DNA of 36,230 nucleotides from positions 1-36,230 of the IMG/VR virus record IMGVR_UViG_3300045988_020353; one strand, written 5' to 3'. Numbering within the stretch: position 1 is the first letter of the stretch; every line of letters begins with the position of its first letter. The notes below the pieces were generated by a model. It had not been told where the DNA came from and searched no databases. It was given only the letters and a program-made list of their open reading frames with translations. Below, in pieces: positions 1 to 6,829 of the stretch. A program made the position numbers and the translations under genes. This DNA comes from a virus.

Positions 1-103
1 ACCGGAAACAGAACCGGAAACAGAACCGGAAACAGAACCGGAAACAGAACCGGAAACAGAACCGGAAACAGAACCGGAAACAGAACCGGAAACAGAACCG
101 GAA
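1..103 (+). repeat. In-frame 12-bp tandem repeat (GAACCGGAAACA)n, about 8.5 units; left copy of the terminal overlap
   Basis: Direct reading: units start at 11, 23, 35, 47, 59, 71 and 83, with a degenerate unit at 95. nt 1-93 are identical to nt 36138-36230. Confidence 0.95.
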
Positions 104-286
104 GCCATTCAAGTGATGGCATCGGCCGAAGAGCCGGAACTAACGGAGGAAGAGATCGCAGCATCTAAACGCAGTGAAGCCGCTAAAAAGGCAGCAGCCA
201 CACGCGCCGCAAATAAGGCAGCAGCAGAAGAGGCAGCAGCAGAAGAGGCAGCAGCCGCGGAGGGTCTGAAAGAGTTCGAAGAATAA
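2..286 (+). CDS. 3' part of the junction-spanning ORF: (EPET)n repeat, then an acidic Ala/Glu/Lys-rich tail (...EAIQVMASAEEPELTEEEIAASKRSEAAKKAAATRAANKAAAEEAAAEEAAAAEGLKEFEE)
   Basis: Open frame from nt 2 (ccg gaa aca gaa ...) to TAA at 284-286. It is in the same repeat phase as the ORF that runs off the right end (35851-36230). It is absent from the ORF track because it has no in-window start. Confidence 0.75.
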   Translation, partial: PETEPETEPETEPETEPETEPETEPETEPETEPEAIQVMASAEEPELTEEEIAASKRSEAAKKAAATRAANKAAAEEAAAEEAAAAEGLKEFEE

Positions 287-301
287 TAAAAGTAAATTGG
301 T

Positions 302-1462
302 ATGATAGCAGCAAAAAGAATTGAATTACTAGTACGGAAGGCGCTAAAACTAGCGCCCCGCGCTAGTGAGGGCATAGTAAGTTACGACATTGATAATTTA
401 TACCCCCAACGGATCGCAAATCTTATCGACGCGAGCAAAACAGCTACGGCGTGTTGTGACAAGGCGAAGGAAAACATCATTTGCGAAGGTTTCGTTAACG
501 AGGAGTTTGCGGCTAGGACGAACGAACACGGGCAGGACATGAACGACGTTTTAGAGTTCGTGGCGGACGAGATACCAAGATACAGAGGTTACGGATTAAT
601 AGTACAATACGGGGGCGATGGACGCCCTTTGTACTGTTATCCCGTGCCGTTCGGCTACATTCGTGCCGTTCTCAACGAGGACTACAAGCGAGATTCCATC
701 GTGCGGAAATGGCGCGTATTCGATAACTGGGAGCGCGAGAACCTAAAGGACACCAACAGCAAGACGGGCGTAGTATATCCCAACTTCGATCCGAAGAACT
801 TTTGGAAAGAGTGCGAGGAATACGGAGGTATTGAAAATCATCCGGGACAACTCTATTACGCTAACTTCTCAAACCGTCGTCCCTATCCTATCAGTCCGTT
901 TCACGCGGTACAGCCCGAAATGGGGGCGGAACACGGGAATGCATTGTACGTCGAGAACGTGCTGGCGCGCGGTTTCCACGCTTGCAGCGTTGTATCACAT
1001 GGAATGTTTCAAAGCGATCAAGAACAAAACGAGTTCCGGGACGCAATTACCGAAATGATGGGGGTAGAAGGAACTGGCGCGGTACTCACAGTAAGAGACG
1101 AGAATGTAGGTATTACAGAGAAACCATTTATCCGGGTGGATCAAATCGGTACGCCTATTGATTCCGATCTTTACAAATCGTATTGTGAACCATTGCGGAA
1201 AGACATTGCTATTTCTTGTTTTACAATTCCGATCCCACTTATTGATTCGTCATTGATTAGCTTTTCGAACGCGTCGGGCGAGGTGGTTAAGGAGATGCAA
1301 CGCGTTTACCGCCGTTCATTGGCGCGTGTCCGCGATAAGATTTCCCGTGACCTGGCGTATATATTCGACATAGACCCGGAAATAACTAAGATTAAAAACG
1401 ATTTGGAAGGCGGCGCGGATATTGTTCCGGCTACACCCGCCGACCAAGTAATAACAGATTGA
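302..1462 (+). CDS. Putative portal protein (386 aa)
   Basis: ORF track. The segment GAVLTV..EKPFIRVDQIGTPIDSDLYKSYCEPLRKDIAISCFTIPIPLI resembles the conserved core of HK97/SPP1-type portal proteins. Size and position in the structural block fit. By-eye call only. Confidence 0.6.
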   Translation: MIAAKRIELLVRKALKLAPRASEGIVSYDIDNLYPQRIANLIDASKTATACCDKAKENIICEGFVNEEFAARTNEHGQDMNDVLEFVADEIPRYRGYGLIVQYGGDGRPLYCYPVPFGYIRAVLNEDYKRDSIVRKWRVFDNWERENLKDTNSKTGVVYPNFDPKNFWKECEEYGGIENHPGQLYYANFSNRRPYPISPFHAVQPEMGAEHGNALYVENVLARGFHACSVVSHGMFQSDQEQNEFRDAITEMMGVEGTGAVLTVRDENVGITEKPFIRVDQIGTPIDSDLYKSYCEPLRKDIAISCFTIPIPLIDSSLISFSNASGEVVKEMQRVYRRSLARVRDKISRDLAYIFDIDPEITKIKNDLEGGADIVPATPADQVITD

Positions 1463-1463
1463 T

Positions 1464-1901
1464 ATGGCATACCCGATTCAACTATTACGAGATTTATTCA
1501 CGATCGCGAAGGACGTTAAAGATAGCGACATTGAAAAGGCATTTTACGAGGCTGACATGCTTGATATGTCGCCACAACTTCACCGATCGTATGAAGAGAT
1601 ACCGCCGGAATACCTAGGTGATATCCCGGCGCGTACAGGAGCTAATAAAGTATTGTGCTATTACGCCTTTGCGCGCTACTTGCAGACAAGCGAGCAGCAA
1701 AGCACGGCTAGCGGCCTAAAAATACAAAACTATGGGGGCAGCTACGTTTTAGCGGATGACAACAAAGCAAGGCGGTTTGAAGCGGAACGCGGCAAAGCTG
1801 ATTTATTTATAGTCCCGTTAATCACGGCGTTTAAAACCGCCGGGCTGATTAAAGAGGAATGTTCACACAGGGTACAATCTAGGATATGTTTGATAAAATA
1901 A
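1464..1901 (+). CDS. Hypothetical protein, possible head-completion/adaptor protein (145 aa)
   Basis: ORF track. Starts 2 nt after the portal stop, and its stop overlaps the next gene. No recognisable motif. Confidence 0.55.
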   Translation: MAYPIQLLRDLFTIAKDVKDSDIEKAFYEADMLDMSPQLHRSYEEIPPEYLGDIPARTGANKVLCYYAFARYLQTSEQQSTASGLKIQNYGGSYVLADDNKARRFEAERGKADLFIVPLITAFKTAGLIKEECSHRVQSRICLIK

Positions 1902-2431
1902 TGGATGGAGTTTTTGATACGGCACGCATAGCGTCAATCGCTTTCCTACTAACGGTTACCAATGATGTAATGACGTTCTTCGTCCTGATAGTATTATTCG
2001 GCACGTTGAATTTTATAGTAGGACTTATTGCAGGTTTAAGGGCGGGCGAAAAGTACAGCCATAAAAAGGCGTTTCACGCGTTTTTTGAGTATGCTATCGC
2101 GGCGATCGTGATTCTGTTCACAGCGGCAGGCGCGCGGCTTATCGAGCCGGAGGGGAACTATACGGACTTATTGCGGTTGTTGACAACGCTCTTCGCGCTT
2201 GTGTACTCGAAGAACATTATCCGTAATTTTAAGCAAATCCAACCGGATAACGAGTTTATTGCGGTACTGGATATAGTTATTAATACGAAGTATTTAGACT
2301 TCATAAAACACTTGAAAAATGGTAAACTTCACAATTCAAGAACTAACCGCGTCAACGACGGCGAAGGCGAAGAAGATCAACAACGACCCGACGCCGGAAG
2401 TATTGGAGAATCTGAAACAGCTAATCAATAA
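1886..2431 (+). CDS. Putative holin (multi-TM, Phage_holin_4-like), 181 aa; alternative start at 1901
   Basis: Hydrophobic segments IASIAFLLTV..FFVLIVLFGTLNFIVGLIAGL, FFEYAIAAIVILFTAAG and LLRLLTTLFALVY, with a highly charged C-terminal tail. Sits immediately upstream of the endolysin. Has two in-frame ATGs (1886 and 1901, MFDKIM...). Confidence 0.65.
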   Translation: MFDKIMDGVFDTARIASIAFLLTVTNDVMTFFVLIVLFGTLNFIVGLIAGLRAGEKYSHKKAFHAFFEYAIAAIVILFTAAGARLIEPEGNYTDLLRLLTTLFALVYSKNIIRNFKQIQPDNEFIAVLDIVINTKYLDFIKHLKNGKLHNSRTNRVNDGEGEEDQQRPDAGSIGESETANQ

Positions 2432-2717
2432 CGTACTAGACCCGCTTCGGAACGCCTACGGCAAACCGATCCGTGTTAATAGCGGATACAGGTCGCCCGC
2501 CCTAAACGCGGCGGTGAAAGGTTCTAAGACGTCGCAGCACATGAAGGGGCAGGCGGCAGACATTACAGCGGGAAGCAAACAGGAGAATAAGAAACTTTTC
2601 GATCTGGCACAAAAACTCAATTTACCGTTTTGCCAACTTATCGACGAAAAGAATTTTTCATGGGTGCATATCTCATACGATAAGAACAACGTGAAACGCC
2701 AAATCCTGCATCTATGA
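2319..2717 (+). CDS. Endolysin, zinc peptidase of the M15 (VanY / L-Ala-D-Glu peptidase-like) family, 132 aa
   Basis: Family hallmarks: FTIQELTAS..INNDPT N-terminus, SGYRSPALNAAVKGSKTSQH (His ligand), GQAADI (Asp ligand), WVHISY (His ligand). Confidence 0.9.
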   Translation: MVNFTIQELTASTTAKAKKINNDPTPEVLENLKQLINNVLDPLRNAYGKPIRVNSGYRSPALNAAVKGSKTSQHMKGQAADITAGSKQENKKLFDLAQKLNLPFCQLIDEKNFSWVHISYDKNNVKRQILHL

Positions 2718-3301
2718 AAATAACGTTAGATAAGATATTAGTGTGTTTGCTTGTTCTCCTAGCCATTTTACTATATAATTCGTATAAGACAGTGCGAGAG
2801 CAGAGAAAAGAGCTAGAAAGGCAGGAAAACAACATTACCGCGCTTAACACCGAGGCAGTAGCGTTCAAGACTACAGCAGGCGATTATGCGGAACAGGCTA
2901 GGCAGCTAAAATTAGAGCGTGACGAGCTGGAACTGTATAACGCTGATCTATATAATAAGGTACGCGAGGCGGGGGTGAGAATAAGAGAGCTAAAGAACGC
3001 TACAAGGGCCGAGACAGTTACCAAGGTAGACACCGTGGTTAAAACAGAATACCGTGACGGAAACAAAGAAAACCGATTCGCACACTATTTCGACGGATGG
3101 AATGATATACAAGTCGAAGCCCGACCGGACACTACGATTATAAAATCTAATAGTGTAGACACGATCGACGTGATCGGATCGGTCAAGCAAAAGCGTTTTT
3201 TATTCTTCCGGATCGGAAAACCGAAACAAACGGTAACCGTATCGAATAAAAACCCAAAATCTAAAATACACGTAGAATTCTCGGCAGAATTCGACAAATA
3301 A
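2714..3301 (+). CDS. N-terminally membrane-anchored coiled-coil protein; spanin-like lysis accessory candidate (195 aa)
   Basis: ATGA overlap with the endolysin stop. TM helix ILVCLLVLLAILLY is followed by heptad-like REQRKELERQENNITALN..LKLERDELELYNADLYNKVREAG. Function is inferred from position only. Confidence 0.5.
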   Translation: MKITLDKILVCLLVLLAILLYNSYKTVREQRKELERQENNITALNTEAVAFKTTAGDYAEQARQLKLERDELELYNADLYNKVREAGVRIRELKNATRAETVTKVDTVVKTEYRDGNKENRFAHYFDGWNDIQVEARPDTTIIKSNSVDTIDVIGSVKQKRFLFFRIGKPKQTVTVSNKNPKSKIHVEFSAEFDK

Positions 3302-3326
3302 CGCTTTTCATCTTTTATAAACTCCC

Positions 3327-3481
3327 TTTCGTCTTTTACACTAGAAAACTTAAAACGCTGATTCTTAACGAGTTGGCGTTTTTGCTTGTGAATGATTAAA
3401 ATTTGTATCTTTTGCACTTAACTCACTAATAAATAGTACTTTATCCATCAATATATACCAAATGTAAAAGATGTAAAGATG
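3327..3481 (+). repeat. Conserved non-coding module, copy A: 15-nt box (3327-3341), 54 nt, 86-nt block (3396-3481) containing a promoter-like TTTG(3381-3384)/TATCTTTT(3406-3413)
   Basis: Ungapped alignment of 3396-3481 with 20063-20148 gives about 67/86 identities by hand count, with perfect runs TTAAAATTTGTATCTTT, ATAGTACTTTAT and GATGTAAAGATG. The box TTTCGTCTTTTACAC matches TTTCATCATTTACAC at the same 54-nt offset. Confidence 0.8.
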
Positions 3482-3742
3482 TTATATAGAGATAAGAATG
3501 AAAAAGTAATATAATCTATAAAATATGTAAATATATGAATTAATATGTGAATGAATTTATGGAAATATTTGATTTTAAACTTTATAGAAAACTATGTTTT
3601 ATCTTATACACATCACCCGTTTTTGCCACTTAACTAACTGACACGCAATTAGTTAATGGCGTAAAGATGCATTTAAAAAGGGCTATTTGTCGTTTACACC
3701 GTTATCAAACCTTCAAAACCGTTAATCAGAGTTAAATTACTA

Positions 3743-3791
3743 AAGTTTTTTGGGAAAACGTTTGGTAGTTCAAAATAAAGCCGTACCTTTG
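3743..3791 (+). promoter_or_regulatory. Early promoter P1 (Bacteroidota type): -33 TTTG 3761-3764, 19-nt spacer, -7 TACCTTTG 3784-3791
   Basis: Matches the -33 TTTG / -7 TAnnTTTG consensus. 45/49 nt identical to 11351-11399. Lies 77 nt upstream of the first early gene. Confidence 0.8.
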
Positions 3792-3867
3792 TCACATCGA
3801 AATGAGAAACCAACTAAATTTGTTGAACTATTCCGATACCGGAGAATCGTTTTAAACATTACTAGAT

Positions 3868-4197
3868 ATGGCAGCAATAGACATTTACAAATTAGAAGCG
3901 TTCTTTTATAAAGTGATAACGGAGAGGATTAAAGCGTGCGAAACGATCGGAGAGGTCACGAACATATACGGTTATCCGGGTGTGTCGGGAATGGTCTACA
4001 AAGATTTGCTACGAGAAGAAGAAGCCGGAAAAAAGTTTAAATATAAAATCCGAGGCTTTATTATTCCACATGCCAAACGGTACGAAAGCATTTTCGAACA
4101 AGCCCGGAAAGCCGCTTTTTCCGATCACGTTAAAACCTTTAGGGGCTCTAATGAACTTAGTTTTAAATTCAATAAAAAGATGCAATGGAAAAAGTAG
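3868..4197 (+). CDS. Hypothetical early protein (109 aa), first gene after P1
   Basis: ORF track. No recognisable motif. Its end overlaps the following HTH gene by 13 nt. Confidence 0.65.
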   Translation: MAAIDIYKLEAFFYKVITERIKACETIGEVTNIYGYPGVSGMVYKDLLREEEAGKKFKYKIRGFIIPHAKRYESIFEQARKAAFSDHVKTFRGSNELSFKFNKKMQWKK

Positions 4198-4364
4198 AGT
4201 TAATCACAGTCGCGGAAGCCGCCCGGATCGCCGAGGTTACGGAAAATGCGATACGCTATCAACTCAATGCGGGAAAGCTCACCCGTTACGAGAACGGCGT
4301 AGGAAAAATCAGAGTGAACAAAAACGAGCTGTTAGAAACAATTTTTAATTTTAAGAAAAAATGA
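4185..4364 (+). CDS. Small helix-turn-helix DNA-binding protein (59 aa, excisionase/MerR-like HTH_17 type)
   Basis: Hand translation: MEKVELITVAEAARIAEVTENAIRYQLNAGKLTRYENGVGKIRVNKNELLETIFNFKKK. The pattern ITVAEAARIAEVTENAIRYQLNAGKL is typical of this HTH type. The stop TGA (4362-4364) overlaps the ATG at 4361 of the next gene. Below the ORF-track size cut-off. Confidence 0.75.
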   Translation: MEKVELITVAEAARIAEVTENAIRYQLNAGKLTRYENGVGKIRVNKNELLETIFNFKKK

Positions 4365-4897
4365 AAGTAGTAATTGAATTAATTGGAAACGAGAGTAAAC
4401 AGGAGTTGTTGGCAACTTCCAACTATTTGCGCGAACTAGCGGGCGAAAGTGCACCCGTAACAGTTGAGAAGAAAACAGACCTTGACAAGTTGGCGGACGC
4501 GGTTGTAGAAGCAACAAAAGCGAAAGGTGAAGAAGCGTGCTTGCCGTTATTGATGGAAGCAGAGCGCGCGAAGGCACGTGCTAAGCGTACCGCGAAGCCC
4601 GCACCAGCGGAAGCACCCGCCGCACCCGCCGCACCAGCGGAAGCACCCGCTGCACCAGCGGAAGCACCCGCTGCACCCGCTGCACCCGCTGCACCCGCTG
4701 CACCAGTAGAGAAGCCCGCCAAGGGCGAAACGGAGCACACAGTGGAAGAGTGTAAGCAATGGGCAATGAAGGCTCTAAACGCAAAGAAACGCCCCTTAGT
4801 GCAAGAAGCGTTTGAACAGGTAGGCGCAACGTCTTTCCCGACACTTAAAGAGAGCATGTTCGCGGAGTTCATCGAATACATCTCAACTCGTCTGTAA
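4361..4897 (+). CDS. Hypothetical protein with a central Pro/Ala/Glu low-complexity linker (178 aa)
   Basis: ORF track. Two short globular ends are joined by PAPAEAPAAPAAPAEAPAAPAEAPAAPAAPAAPAAPVEKPA. TAATG overlap with the next gene. Confidence 0.7.
   Translation: MKVVIELIGNESKQELLATSNYLRELAGESAPVTVEKKTDLDKLADAVVEATKAKGEEACLPLLMEAERAKARAKRTAKPAPAEAPAAPAAPAEAPAAPAEAPAAPAAPAAPAAPVEKPAKGETEHTVEECKQWAMKALNAKKRPLVQEAFEQVGATSFPTLKESMFAEFIEYISTRL
4601..4706 (+). repeat. Imperfect in-frame tandem repeat of 9-nt (GCACCCGCT) and 12-nt (GCACCAGCGGAA) units encoding (APA)/(APAE)n
   Basis: Direct reading of 4601-4706. This repeat generates the long shadow ORFs on the minus strand. Confidence 0.9.
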
Positions 4898-6060
4898 TGG
4901 GACACGCAGAAAGAGATCACGCGATTTTATCGCCGAGTAGCGCGAAACGGTGGATCAACTGCACACCGTCTGCGCTACTTGCAGAAGAAGCAGGCAGCAA
5001 GTCAAGCGTTTACGCAGAAGAGGGGACGCTAGCCCACGAGATAGCCGAATACGCTTTGACTAAATATTTGGGAGGCGAATACGATCCGATAATTGACGAT
5101 GCAGTGCCGTTGAAAAACGAACATCTTGAAAACCCGCTTTTCGGCGTAGACATGGCGGATTATATACGGAGCTATTGCGAGTATGTTATCGGAGAAGGCT
5201 ACGAGATGCAAAAACAGGACGGCGGGTGCCGGACGTTCCTAGAGCGTCGAGTAGACATTACGGACTTCGCGCCGGATTCGTTCGGATCGGTAGACGTAAC
5301 ACTAGTATCTGACAAGACGATCCATATTATTGATCTGAAGTACGGCGCAGGTGTCCGGGTATCGGCTGACATGAACGAGCAAATGTTAATGTACGCTCTT
5401 GGAACTTTGAAAAGCCTTGAATCGGATCGTATCGAAAAAATCCGTATGACGATCGCACAAGTCAGATTAGACCACTACGACACGTTCGAAATGTCTAAAG
5501 AGGATTTGTTAGCGTGGGCGGATAAAGTGCTTAAGCCCGCCGCAAAGATGGCAATACGGGGTGTAGGAAAACAGGTTATCGGAAGTTGGTGCGGATTTTG
5601 CCCGGTTAAAGCCCAATGCAGGGCGCAACGGGACGCCATACTTGCAGATTTCGACGAAAAGCCCGAACCGCTGTTATTATCTGACGAGGAGATAGTAGAC
5701 CTAATTGGCAAGATCGACACGTATAAGAGTTGGATCGAATCAGTTAATAAGTACGTCTACGATAGAGCGATACAGGGGCACAAATGGGAGGGCTACAAGC
5801 TCATTGCGGGTAGAACTAGCCGAGTTATCAAGGACGAGGCAAAGATACGCCAAGCACTCCTAAACGAGTTCCTAGAGGACGAGGTTTTAAACATCAAGTT
5901 AAAAGGTATCGGCGATCTTGAAAAACTGTTAGGTAAAAAGGTATTTAGCGCTAGATTTGGAGACGCGATCGAATCGCGACCCGGCGCACCAAAGCTAGTA
6001 CCGGAATCCGCTAAGGGTGTGGAATACAGCCCGCTTTGCGACTTCGACGTAGAAGGCTAA
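4897..6060 (+). CDS. PD-(D/E)XK nuclease of the DUF2800 / Cas4-like family (387 aa)
   Basis: N-terminus ILSPSSAKRWINCTPS, nuclease motif IHIIDLKYGAG, C-terminal Cys cluster WCGFCPVKAQC (with the N-terminal Cys this gives a Cas4/AddB-like 4-Cys set). Canonical neighbour of DUF2815 and PolA. Confidence 0.85.
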   Translation: MGHAERDHAILSPSSAKRWINCTPSALLAEEAGSKSSVYAEEGTLAHEIAEYALTKYLGGEYDPIIDDAVPLKNEHLENPLFGVDMADYIRSYCEYVIGEGYEMQKQDGGCRTFLERRVDITDFAPDSFGSVDVTLVSDKTIHIIDLKYGAGVRVSADMNEQMLMYALGTLKSLESDRIEKIRMTIAQVRLDHYDTFEMSKEDLLAWADKVLKPAAKMAIRGVGKQVIGSWCGFCPVKAQCRAQRDAILADFDEKPEPLLLSDEEIVDLIGKIDTYKSWIESVNKYVYDRAIQGHKWEGYKLIAGRTSRVIKDEAKIRQALLNEFLEDEVLNIKLKGIGDLEKLLGKKVFSARFGDAIESRPGAPKLVPESAKGVEYSPLCDFDVEG

Positions 6061-6096
6061 CAGAAGTTAAAAAACAATTAAAGAATGTATAACAGG

Positions 6097-6126
6097 TTTG
6101 AAGTCTAAAATAAAGTAATATCTTTG
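6097..6126 (+). promoter_or_regulatory. Promoter: -33 TTTG 6097-6100, 18-nt spacer, -7 TATCTTTG 6119-6126
   Basis: Consensus match in the 90-nt gap upstream of the SSB-like gene. Confidence 0.65.
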
Positions 6127-6150
6127 AACCAAATTAAAATCTTAAAAATT

Positions 6151-6726
6151 ATGAGTAGAAAATTGATCTTAAAAAACGTACGTTTCTCTTATGTAAGAGT
6201 TTTTGAACCGGAGCAATTCAACGGAGTAGGTGACTTCCATTATAGCGTAGTACTCCTGATCCCCAAAACGGACATCGCCCTAGTTAAGCAAATTAATGAT
6301 GCGGTTAAGGCAGAAGCACAGGACTATTTTTCAAGGGACCCAAAATTCAAGGGACGTGTGCCGGAAAATTACAAAAGCCCGTTAAAGGATGGTGACGCGC
6401 CGGAGAAAGAAGGGCAAGCCGGATATGAAGGTATGTATTACATTACCGCGAAGCGGAAAGAGGAGCACGGGCAACCGATCGTAATCGACAAGGGTAAACG
6501 CCCGATCACGGTGAAGGAGGATATGTATTCTGGCTCTTGGGGCGTGGCTTCCATCTCAATTTACGGTTACAACATGAGCGCCGATAACCGTGGTATCACA
6601 GCCGGATTGAACGGAATACAAAAGGTAACTGATGATGATCGGCTAGACGGCGGATCAAGTGTCAACGACTTCGAGAACTTGGAGGACGAAAACGACGATC
6701 CATTTGGGATGAACGTTCCATTTTAA
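6151..6726 (+). CDS. DUF2815-family protein (phage ssDNA-binding-like), 191 aa
   Basis: MSRKLILKNVRFSYVRVFEPE.. N-terminus and an acidic C-terminal tail DFENLEDENDDPFGMNVPF typical of SSB-like proteins. I moved the start from the track's TTG at 6124, which lies inside the -7 box, to the ATG at 6151. Confidence 0.8.
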   Translation: MSRKLILKNVRFSYVRVFEPEQFNGVGDFHYSVVLLIPKTDIALVKQINDAVKAEAQDYFSRDPKFKGRVPENYKSPLKDGDAPEKEGQAGYEGMYYITAKRKEEHGQPIVIDKGKRPITVKEDMYSGSWGVASISIYGYNMSADNRGITAGLNGIQKVTDDDRLDGGSSVNDFENLEDENDDPFGMNVPF

Positions 6727-6791
6727 ATTACAGTGAATTTTTAAATATAATTATTAATCAATCTCGTTAAAACAGGTGTAAAATGATTCTC

Positions 6792-6829
6792 AAAAGCCGT
6801 GCCGAGTAGAAGCGGTGCGGCTTTTAACT
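6792..6829 (+). terminator. Intrinsic terminator/attenuator hairpin between the SSB-like and polymerase genes
   Basis: AAAAGCCGTGCCG-AGTAGAAG-CGGTGCGGCTTTT: 13-bp stem (two G-U pairs), 8-nt loop, then a TTTT tract. Confidence 0.7.

Noticed and set aside
1-103. The terminal 12-bp repeats (also 36136-36230) as a CRISPR array, or as genuine long terminal repeats or mobile-element ends
   Set aside because: The units are contiguous with no spacers, they are only 12 bp, and they lie in frame inside a coding sequence (EPET). The end-to-end identity is what an assembler produces when a circular genome is cut inside a tandem repeat.
109-375. 88-aa minus-strand ORF
   Set aside because: It is a shadow of the Ala/Glu-rich low-complexity coding region on the + strand, and it overlaps the portal start. 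No other minus-strand gene exists in the genome.
3085-3417. 110-aa minus-strand ORF reaching into non-coding region A
   Set aside because: It mostly overlaps the + strand gene 2714-3301, is on the opposite strand to every other gene, and has the low-complexity AT-rich codon content of a chance ORF.
3559-3633. 24-aa ORF (MEIFDFKLYRKLCFILYTSPVFAT) in region A, and a 17-aa ORF (3802-3855) in the P1 leader
   Set aside because: They are short, AT-rich and have no coupling to neighbours, so they cannot be distinguished from chance. I note them only as possible leader peptides.
3980-4348. 122-aa + strand ORF from the ORF track
   Set aside because: It is Arg/Lys-rich with no motif, and it overlaps the end of 3868-4197. 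The alternative frame encodes a clean 59-aa HTH protein (4185-4364) whose stop is coupled to the next gene.
4423-4920. 165-aa, 87-aa and 70-aa minus-strand ORFs over the PA-repeat region
   Set aside because: They are artefacts of the GC-rich tandem repeat (Ala/Gly/Ser runs) and are fully contained in the well-supported + strand gene 4361-4897.
6124-6150. ORF-track 5' extensions using TTG/GTG starts (6124, 6799, 20337, 22440)
   Set aside because: The extensions run through a promoter -7 box (6119-6126), a terminator hairpin (6792-6829) or non-coding region B. In each case a downstream in-frame ATG gives the family-typical N-terminus.
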